Shown: one piece after another, positions 49,008-58,978 of the stretch
Numbering within the stretch: position 1 is the stretch's first letter
How the letters are laid out: the number at the start of each line of letters is the position of its first letter
NCBI GenBank assembly: GCA_019636245.1
Contig: JAHBXX010000006.1
Coordinates: forward strand, 8,496-72,495
Direction of reading: 5' to 3'
DNA length: 64,000 bases
Origin: Planctomycetota bacterium
Lineage (GTDB): Bacteria; Planctomycetota; UBA1135; UBA2386
Made by a program: the position numbers and the translations under genes
Notes under the pieces: model-generated
The model's input: only the letters and a program-made list of their open reading frames with translations
Told to the model about the DNA's origin: nothing
The model's database searches: none

Positions 49008-49571
49008 ATGACCGCCGAGTCCGAGGACGTGGAAGCGCTGGTCGCCCGCTACCTGCCGGCGCTGCGTTCGTTCGTGCGGCTGCGCATGGGCGGCGAACTG
49101 CGCGCCCGCGAGGAGAGCTGCGACATCGTGCAGTCGGTCGCGCGCGAGGTGCTGCAGCACCGCGACCGGTTCCGCTACGGCGGCGAGCAGGGCTTCCGCG
49201 AGTGGCTGTTCACCACCGCGCACCGCAAGGTGGTCGACCGGCTCGATCACTGGCGGGCCGGCCGGCGCCGCGGGCCCACGGCGCCGCAGCTGCCGGAGGA
49301 ACTCGCCGGCCTCGGCCCTTCGCCGAGCCAGCAGGCCAGCGCCCGCGAGCAGCTCGCGGCGGTCGAACGCGCGTTCGACGGGCTCGCCGCGGAGCAGCGC
49401 GACATCGTCGTCTGGTCGAAGCTGATGGGGTGGTCGCACGCGGACATCGCCGCGCGGCTCGGCAAGAGCGAGGTCGCGGTGCGCAAGAGCCTGTCGCGGG
49501 CGCTGGCGCGGCTCGCGGCGCGGCTCGACGGGGGCGACGAACCGGCGGCGCCGGACCCTCCCGGCGCCTAG
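49008..49571 (+). CDS. ECF sigma factor (divergent from the kinase gene)
   Basis: 187 aa. Region 2 reads DIVQSVAREVLQHRDRF...FREWLFTTAHRKVVDRLDHWRA. Region 4 reads LAAEQRDIVVWSKLMGWSHADIAARLGKSEVAVRKSLSRA. Confidence 0.88.
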   Translation: MTAESEDVEALVARYLPALRSFVRLRMGGELRAREESCDIVQSVAREVLQHRDRFRYGGEQGFREWLFTTAHRKVVDRLDHWRAGRRRGPTAPQLPEELAGLGPSPSQQASAREQLAAVERAFDGLAAEQRDIVVWSKLMGWSHADIAARLGKSEVAVRKSLSRALARLAARLDGGDEPAAPDPPGA

Positions 49572-49669
49572 CCGGCGGCAGGACGGATCGCGCGGAGGAC
49601 AAAGGGGCGAGACCATGGTGGACCTCGACGGATCCGCCGCGCCGGCGCCGTGTGACCGGAAATCCGGTG

Positions 49670-50881
<1,212 letters not shown>

Positions 50882-50906
50882 GGGGGGAGGCAGGATAGCC
50901 GGGCGC

Positions 50907-51200
50907 TCAGGTCGCCGCAGCGGCGAGTTCGGCGATGGTGCGGGCGAGCGCCACGTCGCGGGCGGTGACGCCGCCGGCGTCGTGGGTCGACAGCGTGATG
51001 TCGACGCGCGACCAGCAGTTGCGCCAGTCGGGGTGGTGGTGCTGCCGTTCGGCCGCGGCGGCGACCGCGGTCATGAAGGCGAACGCCTGGGCGAAGTCGC
51101 GGAAGGTGTAGGTGGCGGCGATCGCGTCGCCGCGGCGCGTCCAGCCGGGCAGGTCGCGCAGCGCGAGGTCGATCTCGGCGGGGGAGAGGCAGGGCGGCAT
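50907..51200 (-). CDS. phhB: pterin-4-alpha-carbinolamine dehydratase
   Basis: ATG at 51200, 97 aa. Motifs seen: LPGW, F.DF..AF.FM, and HHPDW followed by V...L.THD. Confidence 0.85.
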   Translation of the reverse strand: MPPCLSPAEIDLALRDLPGWTRRGDAIAATYTFRDFAQAFAFMTAVAAAAERQHHHPDWRNCWSRVDITLSTHDAGGVTARDVALARTIAELAAAAT

Positions 51201-51451
51201 GAGCCCATTGTGCCCGCCCTGGTGCCGTCGGCACGCCCCGTCGGGCAGGGGCGCGGCGAAGGTGCCTTGCCGTCCCCGTGGCAGGGGCCGACTGCCGCGT
51301 GGCGGGGCGCATTGCCGGCGCCGAGGGAACCGACAAGGGTCGGCGTTCGTCCAGTAGGCTTCGCCGGGTGCGGGCCATCGCCGCCCCGCCCACGCCTCCG
51401 CGCCTGCCGATGGGCGCGGTTCTCTCTCCCTCACCCCAACGAGGTCTCTCG

Positions 51452-53434
51452 ATGCGCCCGTTCTCCGCCCTGGCCGCGGCCATCCTGGCCGGCCCTCTCG
51501 CCGCCCAGACGCTGGTCCTGCCCGACAACCACAACCTGATGGAAGCGACCACCTACGCTTCCAACGCCGGCGACACCAACCAGTGGGTCGCCACCGCCAA
51601 CCGGCGCTTCCAGATCCTGTACGAGGCGAGCCACTTCACCGGCAAGGCGGGCATCCCGCCCGGCGGCGTCCTGATCACCCGGGTGAAGTTCCGCGGCGAG
51701 GACGGCGAGTCGAATCTCGGCGGCCAGGTCTACACCGGCATCACGGTGCAGCTCGGCGCGACGTCGCTGAACGCGACGACGATGGTGACGACGTTCGGCT
51801 CGCCGACCGGCGGCGGGCCCGGCACGCCGGGCAGCAACCGCGATCCGGCGCTGACGACGCTGGGGCCGGCCGGCACGGTGCCGACGCTGGTGGTCGCGCC
51901 GTCGGTGGGCTCGTGCCCCAACAACTACTGCATCGACATCGACCTCCTGGCGATCGGCGCCGCGTTCGTATTCGACCCGCACGGGCCGCAGCCGAACCTG
52001 CTGATCGACATCACCGCGCCGACGCCCGTGCAGGTGGCGCCGCAGGCGATGATTCCGATCCAGGACACGCTGGCGCACGGTGCCGGCATCCGCGGCCGCG
52101 CGATCTGGACGAGCACGATCGCCGCGCTGACCGGCACGTCGGACACGACCCCGGCCGTGGTCGGCATCGAATTCGCCGGCCCCGGGGGCTGGCCGACCGA
52201 GATGCCGGCTCGCGCCGAGTACATCGGCGGCGGCTGCGGTGGCGCCCATTCGACCGTCTACCAGGCGTTCACGCAGGACCAGCCGTTCGACCTCGGCGCC
52301 GGCCTGACCTTCCTCCCCGACACCTACCCGTCGCCGAACTTCTACACCGTGATCGCAGGGGCGCCGCCGGTCGACTTCTCCCAGTTGAACGCGGTGCCGA
52401 ACACCACCACGCTCGACGCGGTCATCACCGTGCCGCTCGGCTTCACCGGCGTCCCGAACGGCGGCCAGTTCCACTACCCCGGCGGCTCGACGCCGACGAT
52501 CAAGCCGTGCGTCGACGGCTACGTCTGGCTCGACACGGCGATGACCCTGGGTCAGTTCGCGTGTTCGCGCGCCAACATGCTCGGCACGGCGGCGAACTAC
52601 ACGGCCCGGTTCATGCCGTTCTGGTCCGACCAGCACCCGGCCCGCAACACCGGCGGCAACCCGCTCGCCGGCCTGCACGCCAAGACCGTGCCCGAGACCT
52701 CGCCCGGTGCGGGTGACGCCGTCTGCTACGTCACCTGGAACGACATGGGCACCTGGCGCACGCCGAGCGGCGCCACGATCTTCGGCCACGCGTCGTGGAC
52801 CTACCAGTGCGTGTTCCACGAGCTGACCGGCATCGTCGAGTTCCGCTACGGCGCGATGATGCCCTACATCTCGACGCTGTGGACGACCACGATGGAGAAC
52901 GCGGCGCTGGTCGGCTTCACGCGCGGTCGCATCGGCGGCACGACGCCTTCGCTCGATCCGCAGTCGCGCGACCTGTCGCACGAACTGCCCTACACGACCG
53001 CGGTCGAGGGCAGCACCAGCCACGTCTCGCTGACCGGCGTGGCCACGCCGATCGCCGGGTCGATCCACCAGACCGGGCGCATGTTCGGCGGCCAGACGCT
53101 GACCTGGAACATCGCCAACATCCCGGCGGGTTCGATCCTCGCCTGGACGATCCTCGACGTGGGCGCCTCGCAGCCGAGCATCCAGTTCCCGTCGTTCCTG
53201 GGCCTCACGGCGCCGGGCTGCGGCATCAGCACGTCGCTGGCGCCGATCCTGCTGCCGCACGAGCAGTTCCTGCTGCCCGGCTCGTCGGTCACGGGCGCCG
53301 TGCCGCTGGTGGTGCCGCACGGCTGGGAAGGCACGGTGATCACCGCGCAGGCGATCGGCATCGACGTGTTCGGCGGGCCCTACCTGATCCCGTGGGCGAG
53401 CAACGCGATCAAGTACACGGTCGGCCTCGACTGA
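51452..53434 (+). CDS. secreted hypothetical protein, paralog A (660 aa), with shared C-terminal module
   Basis: ATG at 51452 gives MRPFSALAAAILAGPLAAQT, a signal peptide. I estimate roughly two thirds amino-acid identity (by eye) to 54870..56831 over the full length. Confidence 0.8.
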   Translation: MRPFSALAAAILAGPLAAQTLVLPDNHNLMEATTYASNAGDTNQWVATANRRFQILYEASHFTGKAGIPPGGVLITRVKFRGEDGESNLGGQVYTGITVQLGATSLNATTMVTTFGSPTGGGPGTPGSNRDPALTTLGPAGTVPTLVVAPSVGSCPNNYCIDIDLLAIGAAFVFDPHGPQPNLLIDITAPTPVQVAPQAMIPIQDTLAHGAGIRGRAIWTSTIAALTGTSDTTPAVVGIEFAGPGGWPTEMPARAEYIGGGCGGAHSTVYQAFTQDQPFDLGAGLTFLPDTYPSPNFYTVIAGAPPVDFSQLNAVPNTTTLDAVITVPLGFTGVPNGGQFHYPGGSTPTIKPCVDGYVWLDTAMTLGQFACSRANMLGTAANYTARFMPFWSDQHPARNTGGNPLAGLHAKTVPETSPGAGDAVCYVTWNDMGTWRTPSGATIFGHASWTYQCVFHELTGIVEFRYGAMMPYISTLWTTTMENAALVGFTRGRIGGTTPSLDPQSRDLSHELPYTTAVEGSTSHVSLTGVATPIAGSIHQTGRMFGGQTLTWNIANIPAGSILAWTILDVGASQPSIQFPSFLGLTAPGCGISTSLAPILLPHEQFLLPGSSVTGAVPLVVPHGWEGTVITAQAIGIDVFGGPYLIPWASNAIKYTVGLD

Positions 53435-53439
53435 TCGCC
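53030..53439 (+). repeat. ~410-nt segment nearly identical to 56427..56836 (3' ends of the paralogs plus 5 nt after the stop)
   Basis: A manual alignment at constant offset 3397 has no indels and only scattered substitutions. The 5' two thirds of the genes are clearly more diverged. Confidence 0.85.
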
Positions 53440-53461
53440 GCGTGACGCGGCGTGCGGGGAC

Positions 53462-54724
53462 GTGCTACCGTCCCCGCCGCCGATGCCCGCGCTGCCGCCG
53501 ACCGACTCCGCGCCCGGTCTGTTCGCCGCCGGGCGCGGCCGCGTGCTGCTGTTCTGCTGGCTCGGTTGGGTCTTCGACTTCTACGACCTGATCCTGTTCA
53601 GCTTCACCAAGCGCGCAGTCGCTCTGGAGCTCGGGCTCGACCTCTACGGCAGCGTCGCCTGGATCGAGGGCTGGTCGCTGCTCGCGACCGCGGTGGGGGG
53701 CTTCCTGTTCGGCCGCATCGCCGACCGCATCGGCCGCCGCCAGGCGATGGTCGCCAGCATCGTCGTGTTCTCGCTGGGCGCGCTGCTGACCGGGCTCGCG
53801 CACGGCTTCTGGTCGCTGCTGCTCGCGCGCCTCGTCGCCGGCCTCGGCGTCGGCGGCGAGTGGGGCATCGGCCACGCGGTCGTCGCCGACTACTGGCACG
53901 GCCGCGACCGCGACCGCGTGCACGGCATCCTGCAGGCCGGCAGTCCGGTGGCGATGGCGCTGGCGGCGGCCGTCGGCTGCTTCCTGGCGCCGCTGCCCGA
54001 GGTCGGCTGGCGGGCGGTGTTCCTCGCCTCGGCGGCCCTTGGCCTCATGGCGCTCGCCGGCCGCTGGGCGATGCCGAGGCCCGACCGCGCGGTGGCCGCC
54101 GGCGAACGGCTGCCGGCGCGCGCGCTGCTCGCGCCCGTCCATCGGCGCGCCACCCTGGTGCTGCTCGCCATCCTGGTGCTGCACATGGCCGGCTTCTGGT
54201 GTGTCTACGCCGAGCTGCCGGCGGCGCTGATGGCGATGCACGGCGTCTCCGCCGCCGAGGTCGGCTGGTTCCAGATCCAGGTCAACGCCGTGCACGTCGT
54301 CGCCGACGTGCTGTTCGGCTACCTCGCGGCGCGCTTCGGCCGGCGGCGCACCTTCGTGGCGTTCTGCCTGCTGTTCGCGCTCGGCCAGGCGCTGGTGCTG
54401 CGCGAACTCGGCGCGCTGCAGCACGACTTCGCGGGCTTCACCCTGGCGGTCGCGGCGATGGGGCTTGGGGCGGGCACCTGGTCGTGCTTCGGCGCGCTGT
54501 TCGGCCAGTACTTCCCGGCGGCGCTGCGCGCGACGGCGGCGGCCACCTGTTACGCCCTGGCGCGGGCGGTGCAGCTGCCGGCGAAGCCGGCGATCGGGGC
54601 GTCGTTCGAGGCGGCCGGGTCGTTCGCCCCGGCGCTGTGGGTGGGCATCGGCTGCGCGGTCGGGTCGGCGCTCGCGGTCGGCTGGCTCCCGACCGGACGG
54701 GCACCAGCGGCCACGGATCCCTGA
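53462..54724 (+). CDS. MFS transporter
   Basis: 12-TM pattern with the MFS loop motif GRIADRIGRR. Start is GTG at 53462, or the ATG 21 nt downstream. Confidence 0.85.
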   Translation: MLPSPPPMPALPPTDSAPGLFAAGRGRVLLFCWLGWVFDFYDLILFSFTKRAVALELGLDLYGSVAWIEGWSLLATAVGGFLFGRIADRIGRRQAMVASIVVFSLGALLTGLAHGFWSLLLARLVAGLGVGGEWGIGHAVVADYWHGRDRDRVHGILQAGSPVAMALAAAVGCFLAPLPEVGWRAVFLASAALGLMALAGRWAMPRPDRAVAAGERLPARALLAPVHRRATLVLLAILVLHMAGFWCVYAELPAALMAMHGVSAAEVGWFQIQVNAVHVVADVLFGYLAARFGRRRTFVAFCLLFALGQALVLRELGALQHDFAGFTLAVAAMGLGAGTWSCFGALFGQYFPAALRATAAATCYALARAVQLPAKPAIGASFEAAGSFAPALWVGIGCAVGSALAVGWLPTGRAPAATDP

Positions 54725-54869
54725 TCGGGGGCGGTCCCAAAACTGTCGCTGGGATCGGAACCCGGGATCGGCGCCGCCACGTCGAATCGGCCGTCGATCG
54801 GGCATCCCGTTCGGCGGCGACTCCTCGCCGGGGTCGCCTTCCCAAAGCCAACTGTTCGCAGCCACTCCT

Positions 54870-56831
54870 ATGCGATTGCTTGCCCCCCTCGCGCTCGCCG
54901 TGCTCGGCAGCGCCGTCACGGCCCAGCGGCTCGTGCTCCCCGACAACCACAACTTCATGGAGGCGTCGACCTACAGCAGCAGCTTGGGCGACACCAACCA
55001 GTGGGCGAATGCCGGCCGCCGGTTCCAGGTGCTGTACGAAGCCAGCCACTTCACCGGCAAGGCGGGTGTCGCCGGTCCGGTCCTGATCACCCACGTTCGC
55101 TTCCGCGGCGAAGACGGCGAGGCCAATCAGGGCGGACAGATCTACTCGAACGTCCAGATCCAGCTCGGCGCGACGTCGCTGAACGCGGCGACGATGGTGA
55201 CCACCTTCGGCTCGCCGGTCGGCCCGACCCCCGGCACCGCCGGCAGCAACCGTGACCCGGCGGTGACGACGCTCGGCACCGACGGCACCGTGCCCAGCCT
55301 CACCGTGGCCGCGTCCGTCGGCAGCTGCCCGAACAACTACTGCATCGACATCGACCTGATGGCGGTCGGTGCCGCGTTCGTGTTCGATCCGACCGGGCCG
55401 CGACCCAACCTGTTGATCGACGTCCTGGTGCCGGCGGCGCCCGTGAACACGATCCCGGGTGGCTTCCTGATCCCGATGCAGGACACGGTCGCCCATGGCG
55501 CCGGCATCCGCGGCCGCGCGATCTGGACGGGCACGATCGCCGCGCTCACCGGATCGTCGGACACCACCCCGCCGATCGTCGGCATCGAGTTCGCCGGCGC
55601 CGGCGGCTGGCCGACCGAACTGCCGGCCCGCGCCGAGTACACCGGCGCCGCCTGCGGCGGTTCGCCGTCGACCTTCTACCAGGCGTTCTCGCAGGACCAG
55701 GCGTTCGATCTCGGCGCCGGCCTGACCCTGGTCCCCGACGTCTACCCCGCGCCGAACTTCTACACCGTCACGAGCGGCGCGGCGCCCTTCGACGTGACCA
55801 GGCTCAACGCGGTGCCGAACAGCACGTTGGACGAGGCGGTGGTCACCTTCCCGCTCGGCTACTCCTTCGATTACCCGGGCGGCTCGACGGCGACGATCAA
55901 GCCGTCGACCAACGGCTTCCTCTGGCTCGATCCGGCGATGACGTCGGCGTCGTTCGCCGTCGGTACCGGCCTGCTGCGCGGTGTGCCTGCGGCCCTGACC
56001 GCGCGCTTCTGCCCGTTCTGGGCCGACCTCGACGCGAGCCGCAACACCGGCATGGGCACCCTCGCCGGCCTGCACATCCAGAACGACACCTCCGGCGGCC
56101 CGGGCAACACCGTGACCTACGTCACCTGGCGCGACACCAGCAGCTTCCGCTACCCGACCGGTTCGCCGAGCGTCTTCGGCCACGGCGTCTGGAACATCCA
56201 GTGCGTGCTCCACGAGGCGACGGGCATCGTCGAGTACCGCTACGGCAGCATGATGCCGTTCGTCTCGACGCACACGGGTACCTGGACGGACGGCAACTGC
56301 GCGGCGATCGTCGGCTTCTCGCGTGGCCGCATCGGGGTGACGCCGTCGGTGGACCCGGGCTCGCGCAACCTCTCGCATGAGGTGCCGTTCTCGACCTCCA
56401 TCGAGGGCGCCAGCGGCAACGCCCTGCTGACCGGCGTGGCGACGCCGATCGCCGGCTCGATCTTCCAGACCGGGCGCATGTTCGGTGGCCAGACGCTGCG
56501 CTACAACATCGCCAACATTCCGGCGGGCTCGATCCTCGCCTGGACGATCCTCGACGTCGGCGTGTCGGAGCCGAGCATCCAGCTGCCGCCATTCCTCGGC
56601 ATCACGGCGCCGGGCTGCGGCATCAGCACGTCGCTGAACCCGATCCTGCTGCCGCACGAGCAGTTCCTGCTGCCCGGTTCGTCGGTCACCGGCGTGGTGC
56701 CGCTGCCGATCCCGCACGGCTGGGAGGGCACGATCATCACCGCGCAGGCGATCGGCATCGACGTGTTCGGCGGTCCCTACCTGATCCCGTGGAGCAGCAA
56801 CGCGATCAAGTACACGGTCGGCCTCGACTGA
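54870..56831 (+). CDS. secreted hypothetical protein, paralog B (653 aa), with shared C-terminal module
   Basis: ATG at 54870 gives MRLLAPLALAVLGSAVTAQ, a signal peptide. It shares LVLPDNHN.MEA.TY...GDTNQW...LYEASHFTGKAG with paralog A, and a near-identical tail. Confidence 0.8.
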   Translation: MRLLAPLALAVLGSAVTAQRLVLPDNHNFMEASTYSSSLGDTNQWANAGRRFQVLYEASHFTGKAGVAGPVLITHVRFRGEDGEANQGGQIYSNVQIQLGATSLNAATMVTTFGSPVGPTPGTAGSNRDPAVTTLGTDGTVPSLTVAASVGSCPNNYCIDIDLMAVGAAFVFDPTGPRPNLLIDVLVPAAPVNTIPGGFLIPMQDTVAHGAGIRGRAIWTGTIAALTGSSDTTPPIVGIEFAGAGGWPTELPARAEYTGAACGGSPSTFYQAFSQDQAFDLGAGLTLVPDVYPAPNFYTVTSGAAPFDVTRLNAVPNSTLDEAVVTFPLGYSFDYPGGSTATIKPSTNGFLWLDPAMTSASFAVGTGLLRGVPAALTARFCPFWADLDASRNTGMGTLAGLHIQNDTSGGPGNTVTYVTWRDTSSFRYPTGSPSVFGHGVWNIQCVLHEATGIVEYRYGSMMPFVSTHTGTWTDGNCAAIVGFSRGRIGVTPSVDPGSRNLSHEVPFSTSIEGASGNALLTGVATPIAGSIFQTGRMFGGQTLRYNIANIPAGSILAWTILDVGVSEPSIQLPPFLGITAPGCGISTSLNPILLPHEQFLLPGSSVTGVVPLPIPHGWEGTIITAQAIGIDVFGGPYLIPWSSNAIKYTVGLD

Positions 56832-56836
56832 TCGCC
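56427..56836 (+). repeat. partner copy of the 53030..53439 near-identical segment
   Basis: See 53030..53439. Confidence 0.85.
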
Positions 56837-56950
56837 CGAGGTCCGCGACGGCGCCATGGCGCCGGCGGGCCGTTCGCTTGGCGGTGCGCTGCGCGCCGGC
56901 GTGGTCCGGACGACCAGCGCCGGTAGCATGCGCCCCGCCGTTCGCTGCGC

Positions 56951-58978
56951 ATGACCGCGTCCACCTCGTTCGCGCCGCCGCCGCCCCTGTCGCCGTCCGG
57001 CCTGCGGGTGGCCGCGCTGGCGGCGCCGCTGCTGGCCGCGCTGCTGGCCTACGGCGGCGCGCTCGGCGGCGAGTTCGTCTACGACGACCACGGCGCGGTC
57101 GCCGGCAACCCGCGGCTCGAGGCTGGGGACTGGTGGGGCATGGCCTTCGGCCCCGACCACACCCCGCTCGCCAACCGCCCTGTCGCCTGCCTGTCGTTCT
57201 GCCTCGACCGCGCGCTGGGCGGCCTCGATCCGGGCTGGCTGCGCACGGGGAACCTGGTCTGGCACCTGCTCTGCACCGGCCTGGTCTTCTTGGTCGTGCG
57301 CGGCGCGCTGCGGGCACCGAACCTGGGCGGCCGGTTCGGCGCCGCGGCGGCCACCGCCGTCGCCACCACGGTCGCGACGCTGTGGGGCAGCCACCCGCTC
57401 GGCGCCGAGGCGGTCGCCTACGTGACCCAGCGCAGCACGCTGCTGATGGCGGCGGGGTTCCTGCTGGCGCTGCTGGCGGCGCTGCGGCACGCGGCGACGG
57501 CCCGGCGCCGCTGGCGGTGGGTCGCCGTGCTGGCGCTCGCCGCCGGCATGGCCAGCAAGGAGGACCTCGTCGCTGGCCCGCTGCTCTACGTGCTGTTCGA
57601 ACGCGCGTTCGTGCACCCGTCGTGGCGGGCGATGCGGCCGCACCTGCCGTTCCTGCTGGCGATCGCCGGCACCTGGACGGTGCTGGCGGCCTGCGTGGGG
57701 CTCGGCCCGGCGAACGTCACGGTCGGCTACGGCGCGGTGGTGCCGGTGACCGCGTTCGAGTGGCTGTACACCCAGGCGGGCGTCGTGCTGCACTACCTGC
57801 GCCTCGCCATCTGGCCGGTGGGCCTGTGCACGGTCTACGACGGGCCGATCGTGCGCGACCCCGGCGCGGCGGTGCTGCCCGGCGTCGCCGTGCTCACGCT
57901 CTTCGCGTTGGCCGTTCGGCAGTGGTTCGTGCGACCGTGGCTCGGCTGGCTCGGCGCGCTGTTCTTCCTGCTGCTCGGGCCGACGTCGAGCGTGCTGCCG
58001 ATCGTCACCGAGGTGGCGGCGGAGCGGCGCATGTACCTGCCGCTGCTGGCCGTGCTGATGGTCGTCGTGCTGGCGGGCCGTGCGGCGATCGGACAACTGG
58101 CGGCGCGGGCGGGTTTCGCGCCGCGCGGCGCCGCGGTCGCCGGCGGCGTCGTCGCCGCCGTGGCGGCGGCGCTGCTGGTGGCGGCGACCCGGGTGCGGGC
58201 CCTCGACTTCACCAGCCTCGAACGCTTCTGGGGCAACGCCTACGCGCACTGCGATCCGGGCCGCGGCAGCCTGCTCACCGCTTCGATCCTCTCCGGCCAG
58301 GCGCGCGTGCTCGACCGCCGCGGGGACGGCGAAGGCGCGTTCGCCCTGCTCGAGCAGGCGATGCGCTGCGAGGCCCGCATGGCGCCGGTCGGCATGAACT
58401 ACGCGGTGGCGCTGCGCGCCCGTGGCCGGCTCGCCGAAGCCGAACGGGCACTGCGCGGCGTGCTGGCCGACTTCCCCGATTTCGCGCCGGCGCTCGGCGG
58501 TCTCGCCGCGGTACTCGTCGATCGATTCGAGCAGGACCTGGCGCGCGGCGCTGCCGCCGCCGGCGACGCGCGCCTCGCCGAGGCGCTCGAACGCACCGAC
58601 CGGGCCTACCGCATCAGCCCCGACCCGCAGTTCCTGAACACCCGCGGCATGGCGCTGTGCCGGCTCGGGCGCTTCGACGAGGCCGAGCGCGTGCTGCGCC
58701 TGGCGATCCTGCAGAGCCCCGGCTACAGCGATCCCTACCAGAGCCTCGGCGCCGCGCTGCTGTTCGCCGGTCGCCCGCGCGAGGCGATCGAGGTGTGGCG
58801 GCGGGCGCTGCCGCTGCGGCCGGACGACGCCGGCCTGCGCATGAACCTCGTCGCCGCCTGCCTGCAACTCGGCGAACGGCGCCTGGCGCGGGAACTGCTC
58901 GCCGAGGTGCGGCGGCTCGATCCGACCCACGCCGAAGCACAGCGGCTGTGGCTCGAACTGGAGGTCGAGGGGCGATGA
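56951..58978 (+). CDS. TMTC/PMT-like GT-C membrane protein fused to C-terminal TPR repeats (675 aa)
   Basis: TM1 is followed by GEFVYDDHGAV, a first-loop DD motif. About 10 TM helices follow (MASKEDLVAGPLL, SSVLPIVTEVAAERRMYLP), then ~250 aa of TPR. Confidence 0.75.
   Translation: MTASTSFAPPPPLSPSGLRVAALAAPLLAALLAYGGALGGEFVYDDHGAVAGNPRLEAGDWWGMAFGPDHTPLANRPVACLSFCLDRALGGLDPGWLRTGNLVWHLLCTGLVFLVVRGALRAPNLGGRFGAAAATAVATTVATLWGSHPLGAEAVAYVTQRSTLLMAAGFLLALLAALRHAATARRRWRWVAVLALAAGMASKEDLVAGPLLYVLFERAFVHPSWRAMRPHLPFLLAIAGTWTVLAACVGLGPANVTVGYGAVVPVTAFEWLYTQAGVVLHYLRLAIWPVGLCTVYDGPIVRDPGAAVLPGVAVLTLFALAVRQWFVRPWLGWLGALFFLLLGPTSSVLPIVTEVAAERRMYLPLLAVLMVVVLAGRAAIGQLAARAGFAPRGAAVAGGVVAAVAAALLVAATRVRALDFTSLERFWGNAYAHCDPGRGSLLTASILSGQARVLDRRGDGEGAFALLEQAMRCEARMAPVGMNYAVALRARGRLAEAERALRGVLADFPDFAPALGGLAAVLVDRFEQDLARGAAAAGDARLAEALERTDRAYRISPDPQFLNTRGMALCRLGRFDEAERVLRLAILQSPGYSDPYQSLGAALLFAGRPREAIEVWRRALPLRPDDAGLRMNLVAACLQLGERRLARELLAEVRRLDPTHAEAQRLWLELEVEGR

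Noticed and set aside
49640-49669. Small palindrome ACCGGAAATCCGGT between the ECF sigma gene and ispG (convergent). GC-rich palindromes after other genes were also noted, e.g. CGCCGCG-tga-CGCGGCG at 53435-53451 and GGCGCCATGGCGCC at about 56854-56867.
   Set aside because: The stems are short and lack U-tracts. Such palindromes are common in GC-rich DNA, so they were not annotated as terminators.
54735-54863. Possible direct repeat upstream of paralog B: tcccaaaactgtcgc (about 54736) and tcccaaagccaactgttcgc (about 54840).
   Set aside because: The two copies need indels to align. Nothing similar lies upstream of paralog A. Support for a binding-site call is insufficient.
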